The notes beneath the pieces were generated by a model. That model worked only from the letters and a program-made list of their open reading frames with translations. It had not been told where the DNA came from and searched no databases. DNA of 64,000 bases from Dicyema japonicum (lineage: Eukaryota > Animalia > Dicyemida): assembly GCA_011109175.1 (NCBI GenBank), contig RDEW01000003.1:248001-312000 (forward strand), in the 5' to 3' direction. The position numbers and the translations under genes were made by a program. Shown piece by piece: positions 9,575-21,799 of the stretch (the stretch's first letter is position 1; every line of letters begins with the position of its first letter).

Positions 9575-12510
9575 TTAAAGGCTACTGGCTGCTCTCAGGA
9601 TTGAGAGCGCATTTCCCCTTACGATCTGTAAGGAGATGCGCTCAATGAGCCAGCCCTTCTCTCTGACATCTTTCCCTCCTTTTAGCGACTAACGATCCAA
9701 TTTTGTTTAGCAGGGCTAACGACCTGCTTCCTATGACTCCCGAAGTTTCGACTGCGACTGGTTCAAATGTGTACTGCTCGCCGAGGCATGTGTACTTCTT
9801 TGCTTTAAGTATTTCTGCTTTCTCTGCAGCTGAGCCTGGATTTGTCGCACTCATTGTAATATTGGAAGGGGAGAAGCTATCTACGCAGGTGGCATCCCAG
9901 GCCAGGTACTTCCCAGCATCCCACGGGAACAGAGTCGCTCCATCCGGCCTTCTGTTTGCCGTGGCAAGTCCTAGGGGCTCCATCTGGACAGGGAATCCGG
10001 CAGCTTCTAGTCCCCACGCAATAACCTTGTTGATTGCACTATGTCTCAGGCTCCTTCCAGCGCAGGAAAGTGCGTGAAGTCCTTTCGCGTCGACTATTCC
10101 TCCACATCTACAGCGATGGATTGCGCAAACATCGATTCCGAGGCGGACGCAAACCCCAATCCTCGTGGAGTCATCGTCCAGAAAAGTTCCGAGTGAAATG
10201 CACGGGAATGCTTTGAGCCATGCACCACGTTTGTTGATGCGGTAGCCAGACAAGCCAGACGATGCTGGTCGAGTTGTGGTTTTAGCTCATCGATGGTCCT
10301 CGAACATACAAGTTCGTTCCAGTCTCGTTGTTTGTTGAAGTTCTTCGGAGTCCCAAATTAAGTCCAATCCAAACATCGTGAGCCATGCATGCCATTGGTT
10401 CAGTGTCCGATCCGTTAATGTAGCGTAGGATCTGGTGAACTAGACCACGGGAAGCATATGTCGAAGACAGAAAGGCTGGAGGGCGAGTTCAAGTGGCGAG
10501 CGTATCCCAATTCCTCCATAACGAAGTGGTAACTTGCATTGGGTCCACCCTGCTTTATCCAGAGAGATGTTAAGTGTTTCTTCAACAGAGGTCCTCAGCT
10601 TCTCATCGATAACTCTCAAGAAATCCATGTCTGTGAAACATGGGGATGTCCGTAGAAAAAAAAGGAGTCGTGGTGTAAGGTGAAAATTCTTGAGGATGAA
10701 GAGAGAAATGTGGGAGTCCAAAGCCTTTAGATTGTGCGTGAGCAGCTGTACGGATTCACTCTTTTCCTCCAGGACAGTTGACATGTCATACAGAGGAGAT
10801 CCGAGGAAAATCGCCTTTTCTAGTCGGGTGACTTTGATGCCCTGGAGGCAAGTAGAAATGGTCGTTATTGCGCGTTCAAAGGTGTCCTCTCCACAGGTCA
10901 CGTTAATAACTTCGCACTTCGATGGATTCGGCTCCAGTCCGAGTGCCGCGAGGGCAAGGATGACGCGTTTAACCTCTTCCACAACAATTTCCCAGCTCCC
11001 CCAATGGTCGCGTCATCAAGGTACCATAAGTTCAAGGGAGTTTTGATCGCAGATGATACACAGTCGATACCCAAAGCAAAGAGTAGAGGGCCAAGTGGGT
11101 CTCCTTGTTGGACTTGATGGCGTGTTGTCCGAAGATCATCGTACACGGGGAACTATATGAGAGTCTGACCATCCTGCTGATCTCAGGAATCCTAGAGACA
11201 CTATCTTCTATGATTCTATCCTTCGGATGCTATTGAATGCATTACAGATGTCCAGTTTGACTATAAATGAATCCTGCGCGTCAGGAGGGCTGGCAACAAA
11301 ATTCCGGATTGAATGTATTACTGCTTCACATCCATTAGGTACTCCAACTCCGAGTTGGACAGGACTAAGTTCGGCACTCAAAGTCTTGCTGGCTGCTCTG
11401 GCAGCGATCTTCGACGATAGGCGCCTAAGGACGTTACCAATGGCGATGGGTCTTATCCCGCCGCAAGGCTTCTTGAAGGCTACCAACCTCGAAGCGAAGA
11501 GGAGTTCTCGAGCATACTCCGAGATATCTGCCCGAAGAACGTGGTTCGTAAGAGCATTCAATGAGACGATGAGGGAGTCCCCTGTGTCGACGGTTGTTAC
11601 AGAGGTGAGGTCTTTTATGTGGCTTGGGCGTAGGCCGTCCAGACCGGCGCCGCTGCTTCCAGGGAATGCACGAATAGCCCATTTAATATCATCAGGGGTG
11701 GCATTTAGTTGTGGGACATCCTTTTGAATTTTCGTGTCACGTAGATCAGCTGGTGCGGGCGGATGTTTCTGGACTAACTGGTCTAAGGTTTCTTTGCTTG
11801 GTGAAAGAACCTTGTCGCTGCTGGAGAGTGTACGTAGGGCTCCCCGAATGTCCCCGACCATGATCTTCTTGTTTATTTCTCTGCGAAGATCCCTTTTCTT
11901 GGTTCTGGATGAAGAGGGTGAGTCAACAGCAGTCGAAATACTTTCCAGTGTATTCGCCAGGTTGATACTTTTGTATTTAGAAACGTTCCTTTTGATGATT
12001 GACTTAACATTTTGTTCCTTCAGTTCGGTCGGATGTGATCCGAGACAAGAGGTGCAAAGCAGAGAAGGAGCATCCAAGCTTCTTGGGTGTTGTCACTGAC
12101 TGCTTTGGTGATTAGTTTTGAGAGACACGTGGCGGCTGCTAGGCACCGACTTTGGGATTCTGAGTGGGATAACCCTCTCTGATACAAGCCGGTTCGGGCG
12201 GCGTAAACATTTCGTCCGTGTTAGATAGGTCCAGGACTGAACCAGAGAGCGGTTCCTTTTGCCTTGTGGGTTCCCAAGGCATGTGGGGCATGACCAACTT
12301 GGGAGACACTGAGCAGTCCGTCTTGTCAGCTTGTTGCACTTAAGGTGTCCAAAATTTGGGCAACGGAACATTGGATACTAAATTTCCTCTTGTTTGCCTC
12401 TCCACAGATAATGCAGGGGATAGACGTGCGATAAATATGCTCTTTGGGATTCGGATCCTTTTCTATTGTCATGTTCAATCCAAAAGTAGAACAGCCAATA
12501 CACCACAACT
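9575..12510 (-). mobile_element. near full-length CRE-clade non-LTR retrotransposon (PHD - RT - REL endonuclease), frameshifted
   Basis: N-terminal C4HC3 PHD; RT motifs GGIRPIAIG, QLGVG, KLDICNAFNS, VQQGDPLGPLLF, WYLDD; REL motifs RHSAIN, RPDG, AWDATC, EPVAVET; C-terminal ISLQIVRGN. Confidence 0.92.
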
Positions 12511-12639
12511 AAATTGATAAAATTAATTAGTTGAAAGGTTGAGGTGGTGACCTCTAATCTCTACATAGGTTCATGATGGATGAAAGCCCTCGTCTTCCGA
12601 CTTGTCGTAAGCATGGACGATGAAACGGACTCAGGTTTG

Positions 12640-12870
12640 AGTAAACAGTTATACTAACTAACCGTTGAGAGAAAGGAGGGAGCCAAGAAATGTTCTTTAG
12701 CTTTTTTTTGCATTGTGTGAGTCCTTTGCTGACGATCCGGTTCCGAAGTAAAGTATTCACTGATGAGAGTGTAACTCGTCATACCTAAAACATCGTAGAT
12801 GCGAGGAACCTTCAGCCAGAATGTACAGCAGCGAGATTTAAACTCGAAGCCATCAGGACTTAGCCCGACA
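12640..12870 (-). mobile_element. diverged copy of the tRNA-derived SINE
   Basis: Reverse complement shares GAAGGTTCC.CGCATCTACGATG, TGACGAG...TCATCAGTGAATACT and ACTCACACAA blocks with 34097-34426. Confidence 0.7.
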
Positions 12871-13098
12871 CGGCATATGATGACAGTTCTGACAATAAAT
12901 CCGAAAGCAGTTTTATTTTAGGATATTTTCTTGCTGTTATAGTGGGGAAGACAAATGATGCCACGTGGCTTCAACGTTAGTGTGGTGCTATGTGGCTACT
13001 TGAATTGAAGATTTTTTTGTTTCTTTTGTGTCTCCTCTTCTCTTTTGGCTCCAAGGACCTTGAATTATTAGCGTGCGTCACTTGGTTCAGCATCTCTA

Positions 13099-14575
13099 AT
13101 GGCGCAAAATATAATCCTAAATTATATCCAAAAAAGACCATTAGTCAACAACCATCCAGAGTTCTTCCTGGACGGCACTTCCTTCAAGTCCGAGCATGCG
13201 AAGATTGTTGAGAGAGGTCGTGAGCACTTGAATTTTTTCATTTTGGCTATGACGGTGTTTTTCTGGTTCAATAAATTTGATTTAATTAAAATGGGTTCAA
13301 GGATCCTTAGTTCTGCTTTTCATAAAGGATTTAGAAAAACAATGATGCAAGTTGCTAAATTGCATCTTTCAAAAAGATTTCCTAAATTTGAATTTTCCTT
13401 TCCGGAGACTGGTCACAAATTTCCTTTCAGGAAGACTGGTTCAAACCTACTTATATTCTCACGATTTCGTTACCTCCCCAACGGTGTTCTTCAAGGATCT
13501 GTTCTATCCCCTTTATCGAACGACAGACAAAAGAAGTATCTAACGTCCAGTACAACTGATTTCTTCCTCCCCAAGCTGGGTTCTATGCTTATCACTCTTC
13601 CTAATACAAAAGCTAAGCAGCTGCAAAATTTTGCATTGAGAGCTATAAAGGGCTGTTTAAAATCATCCCCCGTTAACCATTTACACTGGGAGTCGAAGAT
13701 CATTCCCTTGGGTGACTACCTTGAAATGAGGATCTCAATATCCCAACAATCGTCTGACTCAAATCACCCGACCTTCACATTACTTGAATCCACTAACGCA
13801 TGCGAAGAACCTTCACTGATCTCCAAAAAACATTCAGGAAAATCCCACTGCCAGCAAAAGACCAAACGTAGACCAAAAGTATACATGACTTCGTGTCCAC
13901 GCGTGCCATACGACCTCCTGAGATTACCGCTTTTGAACTGTTTCTTCTGAAGGCCGTTAGAAGAAACTTTCAAGCCTGCGATGTGGCCATTATCTGTCTT
14001 TGGCTAGAGAGTAGTTTAGGATCACAAGGGCTGAAAAAGGTGAATCTCTTGGAGCATCTTGTCTTAGGGGAGCTTTTTTGATGGTCTCCAGTTTCCTACA
14101 AGTTAGCTAAACTTGATTTACAAATTAATTGAATAGTTAACGACTAATTAAAGGTATCCAGTTCCCAGGGGCTAAGAATAGACATTCCAATGTTGCACGT
14201 GTCCATTAGAACCAACGGAAAGAGAAGAAAGCACTTAATTTTTTCAGTTTTGGAAATCCCTCCAATGAAGTGGGAGAGAGTAAATAATCTTTTTTCGTGC
14301 CAAGATAAGGAACAGAGGAAGTAAAAAGAAACCTTCAACCAACGGAGGAGATAAACCCAAACCCAGAATCAGACACTCGTACTGTCCACTTTTCAAATCA
14401 TGCCTTATTGAAGACCAGAATACGGGTCACCTCTTCTTTTGTCCGGCTCCCTTTCCAAGTTCTGCACAGAACCAAATACATCTTTCGGATCTTTGGGAGC
14501 GTCCGTTCATGGCTGTGATGTTCCTGTTAGCCACCGGTTTCCTTCACTCGAAAGGTCATGGGTAAGTAAATAATT
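13099..14575 (+). mobile_element. APE-type LINE, RT to 3' end, internally deleted
   Basis: GVLQGSVLSP; QNFALRAIKG; terminal C-x-C-x-H-x-C region then LWERP; 3' end repeated inverted at 49140-49310. Confidence 0.75.
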
Positions 14576-14689
14576 AATAATTCTCTTGTTCTCTATGAGC
14601 GTATTTGGGTCTTCTCATTTCAGCCAAAAGGGATCCAAACTTGGTGCATCCAATGTTTCTGTGTTACAGAAGTCCTACATCCGATGTCT

Positions 14690-15030
14690 CTTGATTCCAA
14701 GAAGAGGAAAGAGTTATATCAATTTTGAGGAAATGAAAACACTAAGCGTACTAGAGGTATGCCATGGTGCACTAGAGCTACGTCCCTGGTTTAATGATTA
14801 TAAATTTTAATATCATGACACAAGATGACATGGTGACATGGCGACTAAGTTCCACAGGGGTATTGGAGACAGTTGGAAGTGTATAAAATATCATACAAGT
14901 AGATGCTCTAAAGAGAACTTTCAAAAGTGTATCCTTTGGCGCGCGACGTTAGAGTCTTCTTGTGAATGTTGGTATGCAGGAGAAAGATAAAAAGGACCTG
15001 AAGAAATGTGTTAAAGCAAAAACTAATAAT
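14690..15030 (+). mobile_element. R4-like element 3' fragment, degenerate
   Basis: Pieces VTW, TKFHRG and IQVDALKRTFKSVSF resemble the C-terminus seen at 2339-2400 and 61810-62000. Confidence 0.45.
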
Positions 15031-15619
15031 TAAAGTAATTTTTTGGTTTTTTAATAATAAAGTGTCGATTAAGTATTGTAACCTTAGCATGTCCAATGTT
15101 TCTCGAGTTCTAGTTCAAACATGATAAAGAGGCCAAGACGGAAAGAATACTCAGTAATGAAACAACTAAGAGTTGGACCATCTACTTCAGGCAGATAAAA
15201 TGTCAACTTAAAAAAAGTACGTCTTTAGAATTGCCAACCACGTCGAGACGGAAATCTTCCTGTAGGGAGAATAAATTACTCAAAATTATAGGGAGTTTTA
15301 AGAAAATAGTTTATCCCAGCATAAAATCGTATTGCATTTCGCATTCAGGAATAAAATCTTTGTTTTGAGGGTATTTTTGGTCATTGATTACTGTTGACCA
15401 CCCGAAATTGTTTTCGCTGGCATCAAGGCTGCTAAGTTCATTGGTAGTTAGTCCTATGTAGCAGCAGTGCATGTTAAAATTGGGATTATAAAGGCACGTG
15501 TTGTGGTTCCAATTAGTTTCTTGTTTGAACCAGATGTGCTTGAATTTGCTGATTAAAAGAGCTTTTCCCGAACTTCTAATCATACCTCCTACCCGGAAAT
15601 ATAACTCCCTTAGCTCCAC

Positions 15620-16300
15620 ACTTGCTTCCTGAACAGGTCCCTTGGACCATTAGAGACTGCTGGAGCTATTTTCAAACTGGAAGTGAAGACTCAATTTGAT
15701 CCCCAAGGCGACTGAATGCTGCTTATACAAGTCTTGCTGGCAACTCTAAGGATTGAATCCGATTATTTGTTCAGTTCCATGCACATTATACAATCTCCAA
15801 GGGAGACGGAAAGAAGAAAAACCTTTAACCTTAACCGTGAAAAAAATATCCACATATTTTCCTCTGAGACCTTAATTGTACATCTTTACAGGTCCAAAAT
15901 CTATGAGAAGCAAACATCGATAGTCTCCGACACACAACGAATTCGAGATACGACATCCTGTCTGAAGACGGAATCCGTACTGCCATGAGGATTCTTGCAG
16001 ATCAAAACTGTATACAAGAACCGTGTGAAAAGTGTAACACAACAGTCATTGAACGACATTCTAGTCTCCCAAACGACAAGCTGCTCTGGACAAGCAGCTA
16101 ACCTACTAGTTTCTTAAGAGAACGTTGGAGATGGGTTTTTTTGCCTCAAGCTGAAGTGGAAGACTTGATGGTCTCTGTCCCAGACATCTCAAATATTTCA
16201 TTTCTCAGAAAATAGGAAGTTATGACGTCCTGTTTGTGTCGGCTCTCACAAAATAATCAAAATATGCTTTTCGGGAAACTACCAGAAGGAATTAGCCTTA
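15620..16300 (-). mobile_element. degenerate RT fragment
   Basis: QYGFRLQTGC and RLGDQI motifs among many stops; shares AATTTGATCCCCAAGGCG with about 37722. Confidence 0.45.
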
Positions 16301-16659
16301 TCATCTTGATAAAAGCAAGCATATGAACATCTTGAAAAAAACGTTCATTGAATGAATTGGTGATAATTTTTGAGTTTTTAGATTAAAGTAGGAAACTTTA
16401 GAATAGCTCCATACTCAACAGATTACCTCAATCGAACATTAATGGGCAAAGATCAAGTTCGATTCTGCAGAAAACCGTTACAAAAATCTAGAAAAGGTCA
16501 AGGTCGAATGGCAGAGATTAAATAACTGAACTTTTCACGGAGAATTTTAATTTTATAAAAACGAGCAAAATCGATGGCTATCCGAGGATGTTTTGTTTGT
16601 TCCACTTGCAGTTGTTGTAACATCCGGTTCCTTTGTAATCTCGAATCTCTAATTCCTGG

Positions 16660-16770
16660 ATCGTCTAGGAAATCAGATTTCTACACGCATCGAAGATCTC
16701 CGTGAGCGTTGCTGGCTCCTGAGAGGGAATAGCCACGCAGTCAGAAATGTTACCTCCAATTAACTGTTTA
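16660..16770 (+). mobile_element. CRE-clade 3' end remnant
   Basis: ISVSVA followed, after a frame slip, by LLRGNSHAV. Confidence 0.5.
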
Positions 16771-17062
16771 AGATTATTAAAGTTATATTTTTTCAAATAT
16801 ATATTTTTTAACCTTTTAAAATAAAACTCTTGTTTTTATTTTATTTGCGATGTGATAAAAATTTGAAAATTAAAATCCAATTTTTGGCGGGAATTATAGT
16901 TAAAACTTGACTGTTCTTGTTAATTATTAATTTATCCAAAATTTATCACAAAGTTAAAATTTCAGAAAGTTATCTAAGTAATATCAACCACAAAAATGAT
17001 TAAATTCTGAATTACCAAAAAAACTGAAAATCGTAATTAGTAATTAGATCAATGATAAGAAA

Positions 17063-17654
17063 TTAAGAAGGACAAAATCCAAAACTCGAGCACGTTTGTT
17101 GAGCTGAATTTTGCGCCACAGACTCGGCAATCATGCTTATTGCGTTACAGTTGCTTGGCCACTGTCTGCAGGCATAATCGAGTGCTTCGCTGACATAATT
17201 CTAATTTGTAAGTCTGATGGGTTACTTGGAAATTAAGACTTTTTGTAACGCCAACCAATTCGAGACAGGCTAAACATTGAAATTGTTCTTCATTCATCTA
17301 AATTTTAAATTTCAAAAATTACCATAACAATAACATCGTCACCCGAACACATCTTGATGTTAGCACAGTAGCTTTTGGCCAAACTATCAATATCCAAGTT
17401 TCCAACAGCGTTTTGATTCTTTAAAAAATAATTTACAATAAATTACTATGCCATTAAGCATCTCAACAGCTGCCATAAGACAATCATCGCATCTTTGAAT
17501 TTCTTTGTTCTAATTTTTAAGTGAAACTTAGAAATTATACCATTGCTTTTGCTTGAACAGTCTAAAAATTAGTTTAATAAATACCAGTTGTAGAGAGAGC
17601 GCTAATAATCCTATTTTAGTAAAGTTAACTAAAAATACCGAGGAGGGCGAACAT
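17063..17654 (-). CDS. secreted saposin-like protein (SAPLIP), 143 aa, 7 exons; absent from the ORF track
   Basis: Exons 17654-17639, 17610-17585, 17561-17541, 17509-17447, 17418-17323, 17297-17226, 17200-17063; GT-AG introns of 28, 23, 31, 28, 25, 25 nt. Product MFALLGLLALSLQLTVQAKAMNKEIQRCDDCLMAAVEMLNGINQNAVGNLDIDSLAKSYCANIKMCSGDDVIVMMNEEQFQCLACLELVGVTKSLNFQNYVSEALDYACRQWPSNCNAISMIAESVAQNSAQQTCSSFGFCPS: signal-peptide-like N-terminus and a 6-Cys saposin-B pattern. Confidence 0.88.
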
Positions 17655-17854
17655 TGACAATTTTTAATATATCAAGTTTATATATATTTGTTTCAATTTA
17701 GGTTTACCATACTGTAAATTTAAATTGAAAATAAATTAAATTGAAAAAAAAATATTAAATAAAAAAGTAATATTTATTGCAAGTCTCAGCTGTCAAAAAT
17801 ATCCGATATCAATTAATTTTATAAACCAATTTTATTTAACGCAAAAACTAACAG

Positions 17855-19190
17855 TTAACAACCACTGGCTGCTCTCATAATTGAGAACACATTTCCCCTT
17901 ACGATTTGCAAAGAAATTCGCTATGTGAGTCAGCTCCTTTCTCTCCTATCATTTTTTCTTGGCGATGAGCGAGCCGATTCTGTTTAGCAGGACCAGTAAC
18001 CTGTTCCTATGATTCCTGAAGTTTCCACGTCGACTGGTCGAAAATGAACTGTCCACCAAGACATGCGTATTTCTTAAACTTTAGGGTCTCAGCCTGGGTT
18101 AGTTGCTGTCGTTGCAAGGTTAGAAGGAGAGAGGGTATCAACACAGGTGGCGTCTCAGGTGAAATATTTACCACTTTCCCATGGAAAGAGAGTGGTTCCG
18201 TCCGGTCTTCGGTTGGGTTGAGCAAGTCCAAGCGGCTCCAATTGGACAGGAAATCCAGCAGTCTCAAGTCCCCAAGCAATAACTCCGTTAATTGCGGCGT
18301 GTCTTGGACTCCTTCAAGCACTTTTCAGAAAGAGCGAGAAGAGTTTTTCGCGTCTACCATTCCTCCACATCTATCGTGCGAACATCTACGGAAACCCCAA
18401 TCCTCGTCGCGTCGTCATCCAATAGTGTCCCAGGTGAGGTGTATGGTAATGCTCTGAGGCTCCACTCTCGTTCGTCGATGCAGAAGCCAGACTATGCTGA
18501 TCAAGCACAGGTTTTATCTCTTTGAGCATAAAAGCTTGTCCCATTCTCTTTGTTTATTAGCGTTCTTCGGGAATCCAACTCTCAGTCACGTCCAGACTTC
18601 CCGAGCCATGCATGTCACTGGTTCAGCGTCCGATCCGTTAATGTAGCGTAGGATCTGGCGTGTGAGACCACTGGAAGCATTCCTGAGGAAGAACATAATA
18701 ATTTTATTAACTTCAAATACTCGGAGAATTACGGTATTCGGGTGGTCCTCCAAGGACTGCATCGTCCAGGTATCTAATGTTAAAGTGAGGACAGTAAAAT
18801 CTGGTAATTTTTCCGATGGCTAAAGATGAGAGAAGTGGTTCATGAAGGTCTCCCTGTTTGACATCAGAGGAGAAGGATATTTAAGGAGGAAAGTAGGCTG
18901 GACCTATAGAACTGGTTAACCTGCCCAAAAATATTGGGACGTCTTTCCATGCATATTCTAGAATAGAATCCCTTCCTATACCGTTGAAAGTGTTCTTAAT
19001 GTCCAACTTGGCGATAACGCGTCTGAGAGGATTTTTAGAGTTCCTTCTCTTGAAGATCCCTAGTGAATAGAAGCTCAAGATTGACTCTGACTCTGGAGGT
19101 GAAAATTTACTGGCCTTCGTTTCGTCATGACTCGTGAGGATTCCCGTCGGCAAACAAGGGGAATCCTTATGGATTAGTTGAATCTTGTCT
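17855..19190 (-). mobile_element. CRE-clade element, second large decayed copy
   Basis: Long nucleotide similarity to 9575-10460; KLDIKNTFNGI RT remnant at 18881-19153. Confidence 0.85.
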
Positions 19191-19950
19191 CTGAGGGTTT
19201 AGTATGATCTCTATGCTATCTGCAAAGTGCCATAGGATCTTCTCGATCAGTACGTGTCTTTATGATCTGTCAAACCCTTTGTTAATATCAATTGAGGAAA
19301 ATATGTTTACTCTGGAAGTTTGCGATTGTTAAAACCATCTGAGAGGTAAGTCTATACAACCGAAGAGGGGAAATAAAAAGGAAGGACGAGGGATTGGAAA
19401 CTTTGTTGTTTGATTTCAAAATAGTAATGATTGTGGATTTTTTTCAAGCCATTGGGACCGATCCGTAATTAGAAGAGTATTTATCAGATTGGTTAAACAT
19501 GAAAGCTGTTCGGACAAAGATGTTTCAAGTAGTATATGCCGGACCGTCAGGATCTCTTGCATCTGAGTTCCTAGAGACAGTTACAAGTTGTCCAATTAGT
19601 GAGTTTGATGTAGTCATAAATTCCGATGTCTTTGAACATGAAGTCTTTTATAACGGAGGCTTTTTTGGGATCGGAAAACGGCTAATCTTAGTGCAGTGAC
19701 GCATTAGTAAGTTGATGTGGTCTCAGAAGGATTGTATATTGTTGTTAGGAGGTCGATGGTATTGAAGATTGTCTTGAATTAATATTCTGAGTGTTTTTTG
19801 AAAATAATGGGTGGTGGAATATGGATTGAAGTTGATGATAATATCGTTCCAGTCTTGGTCTCCTGTTTAAAGATGAGATTGTGCGAACCTGTGTTTGATA
19901 ATAAACTTAAAACTTCTACATTCTCACTGTATGGTCTCTCAAATTTATTC
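19190..19950 (-). mobile_element. degenerate APE-type LINE fragment (pre-RT/RT)
   Basis: Remnants resembling PGPDGI..HLK and KKSTIITILKS interrupted by stops. Confidence 0.5.
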
Positions 19951-20044
19951 AGCCTTAGAAAATTATTTATATAATTTTTTTTAAAACTCGAACCTACATT
20001 TAATTTTTTTTCTTTTTTTTTTAATTAAAATTTTTTTTAACAAT

Positions 20045-20235
20045 TAAACAAATATCAGTTGAGGAAGCCTGCTGCGTGGATTGCGAACGAGTTCCCTCGG
20101 AGTATGGCTATTCCAATCTTTTGTCTTAGCCATAGCCCTTCTCGTTGATCCCTTTTCTTTCTGGCAAGCAATCCTCGAGTTCTTGCAAGAATTCAGCGTC
20201 ATTGGACCAACGGTCCCGATGATTCGGTCGCAACA
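20045..20235 (-). mobile_element. CRE-clade 3' end
   Basis: REGLWLRQKIGIAILRGNSFAI in the frame not shown by the ORF track. Confidence 0.75.
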
Positions 20236-20367
20236 CATTAATTATTTAATAAAAACTTGATCTCTTATAAAAACGTGTATTTACCATTTATCTTTTCGTT
20301 ACATTTAATTATTTAATAAAAACTTGATCTCTTATAAAAACGTGTATTTACCATTTATCTTTTCGTT
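20235..20367. repeat. tandem duplication of about 66 bp
   Basis: TAATTATTTAATAAAAACTTGATCTCTTATAAAAACGTGTATTTACCATTTATCTTTTCGTT occurs twice in tandem. Confidence 0.95.
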
Positions 20368-20479
20368 CTTAAAATAAGGTGAATTCAAATTTGGTTTTAT
20401 GAGCTAAGTTGAAGTTTTCTAATTTTAAAATCGTTTTTTTTTGTAACCCATTTCACAAGCAGAATTTGTAGCTTCATTA

Positions 20480-21780
20480 TTTGTTTCGTCTAATGACTCA
20501 TCGATTTTGGTCAATAAAGTCAATTTTTGTCAATAAAGTCAAAAATTTATATGTTCTTTAAATTTTTTAAAACTTATAAAAATGTAGTTTTTAATCAAAA
20601 ATAATATATTAATCAAAAGTTATAGTCAAAAAAGTCAAAATTTAATTTTTAAGGTCGATAAAGTGAAAATTTTATTGATTTTTATTTTTTTTATTTTTTC
20701 AAGTTTTTAAATAAAATATGGGATCAATTATCATCATTCACTGTGATGCCGCATTCAATCAAGAATGACATTGAAAAGATTAAGTCGTTTGTTAGAAAAC
20801 ATCCTGATGAATTTTCTATCAACTAACAAGGAAATCTTTTTTGCAATTTATGTGGACAATTGTAACTGCAAAAAATAATTTTTTTAATCACATTGACCGT
20901 CTAAAAAGCATATCAAATTAGCAGGTTTATTATTTTTGTTACTATTTTGTGTCAGTACCATAAAACTAACTGATTTTCTCGTCTCATCTGCCGACTCATG
21001 GGTCGATAAAGTCACTAAGGCTTTTGTTGAATCCGATATTTTCTTGTATAAGTTGAACAGTAAAAACTTACGAGACTTGTTTGAGGTTATTGGACATTAT
21101 CTTCCTTCTAGTTACGCTTGCTAAAAAAGTGTAGAAAATTTATGCCAGAAAAAGCTTGACAGAATTAAGCGATTGTTAGGTTTTATTTGCATTTATTATA
21201 GATCTGAAATTTTTTTTGATTTACGAAACTGATATTCAGGGACAGAAATATGTCAATACACTTAATGGAAGAATTTCTGATCCGAAGAAAATATTTTTAA
21301 TATCTTGTCGCCTATTCTTCTGCGGCTAACTCTTGGATTAGCCGCTGTCACATAATTGACGATGTTCTAAGGATTTTGCGATAAATTGCGAAGACGCTGT
21401 TGAAAACATTCAGAAATTGCATTTCGGGGACGATTTATGTGGAATCGGGAAGTCCTGGAATCAAGATTATTTGCAAATCAATGCTTTCTATCAAAAAAGT
21501 GGAAAACAACATATTTCTACACATGTATGCTACTATCTGAACAAGTGTTTTTCCACATCATTATTTGTTGAGAGAAGTTTTTCTTTATTAAAAAAATTAC
21601 TATCTAAGGACCGAAAGTTTAAACCCGAAAACGTTTGAATTTAATAAAAATTTTGATTAGTTTTTTATATTAAAAATAAATTGTTTTTGTAGATAAATTT
21701 ATCATCAAGTCAAAAAAGTCAAAATTTTTGAAATTTTAAATCAATTTTTTAACTTTAACAACTTTATTAGCAAGGAAATT
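20480..21780 (+). mobile_element. hAT-like transposon, decayed
   Basis: WVDKVTKAFVESDIFLYKLNSKNLRDLF; hAT dimerisation-type TSLFVERSFSLLKKLLSKDRKF; subterminal AAAGTCAA repeats at both ends. Confidence 0.7.
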
Positions 21781-21799
21781 TAAAGAGGGAGTTATTTGG

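Noticed and set aside
11227-12099. Long antisense ORFs over the CRE, Kv (38658-39155) and nesprin regions
   Set aside because: Shadow frames of real coding sequence on the opposite strand, with no motifs of their own.
12755-12790. Hammerhead ribozyme at CTGATGA in the SINE (also on the minus strand near 34225)
   Set aside because: CTGATGA is not followed by stem II and GAAA; it forms a simple hairpin.
15311-15619. GIY-YIG/Penelope endonuclease (CYIGLT)
   Set aside because: Only the YIG part is present, with no upstream GIY or downstream Arg/Glu motifs; left unassigned.
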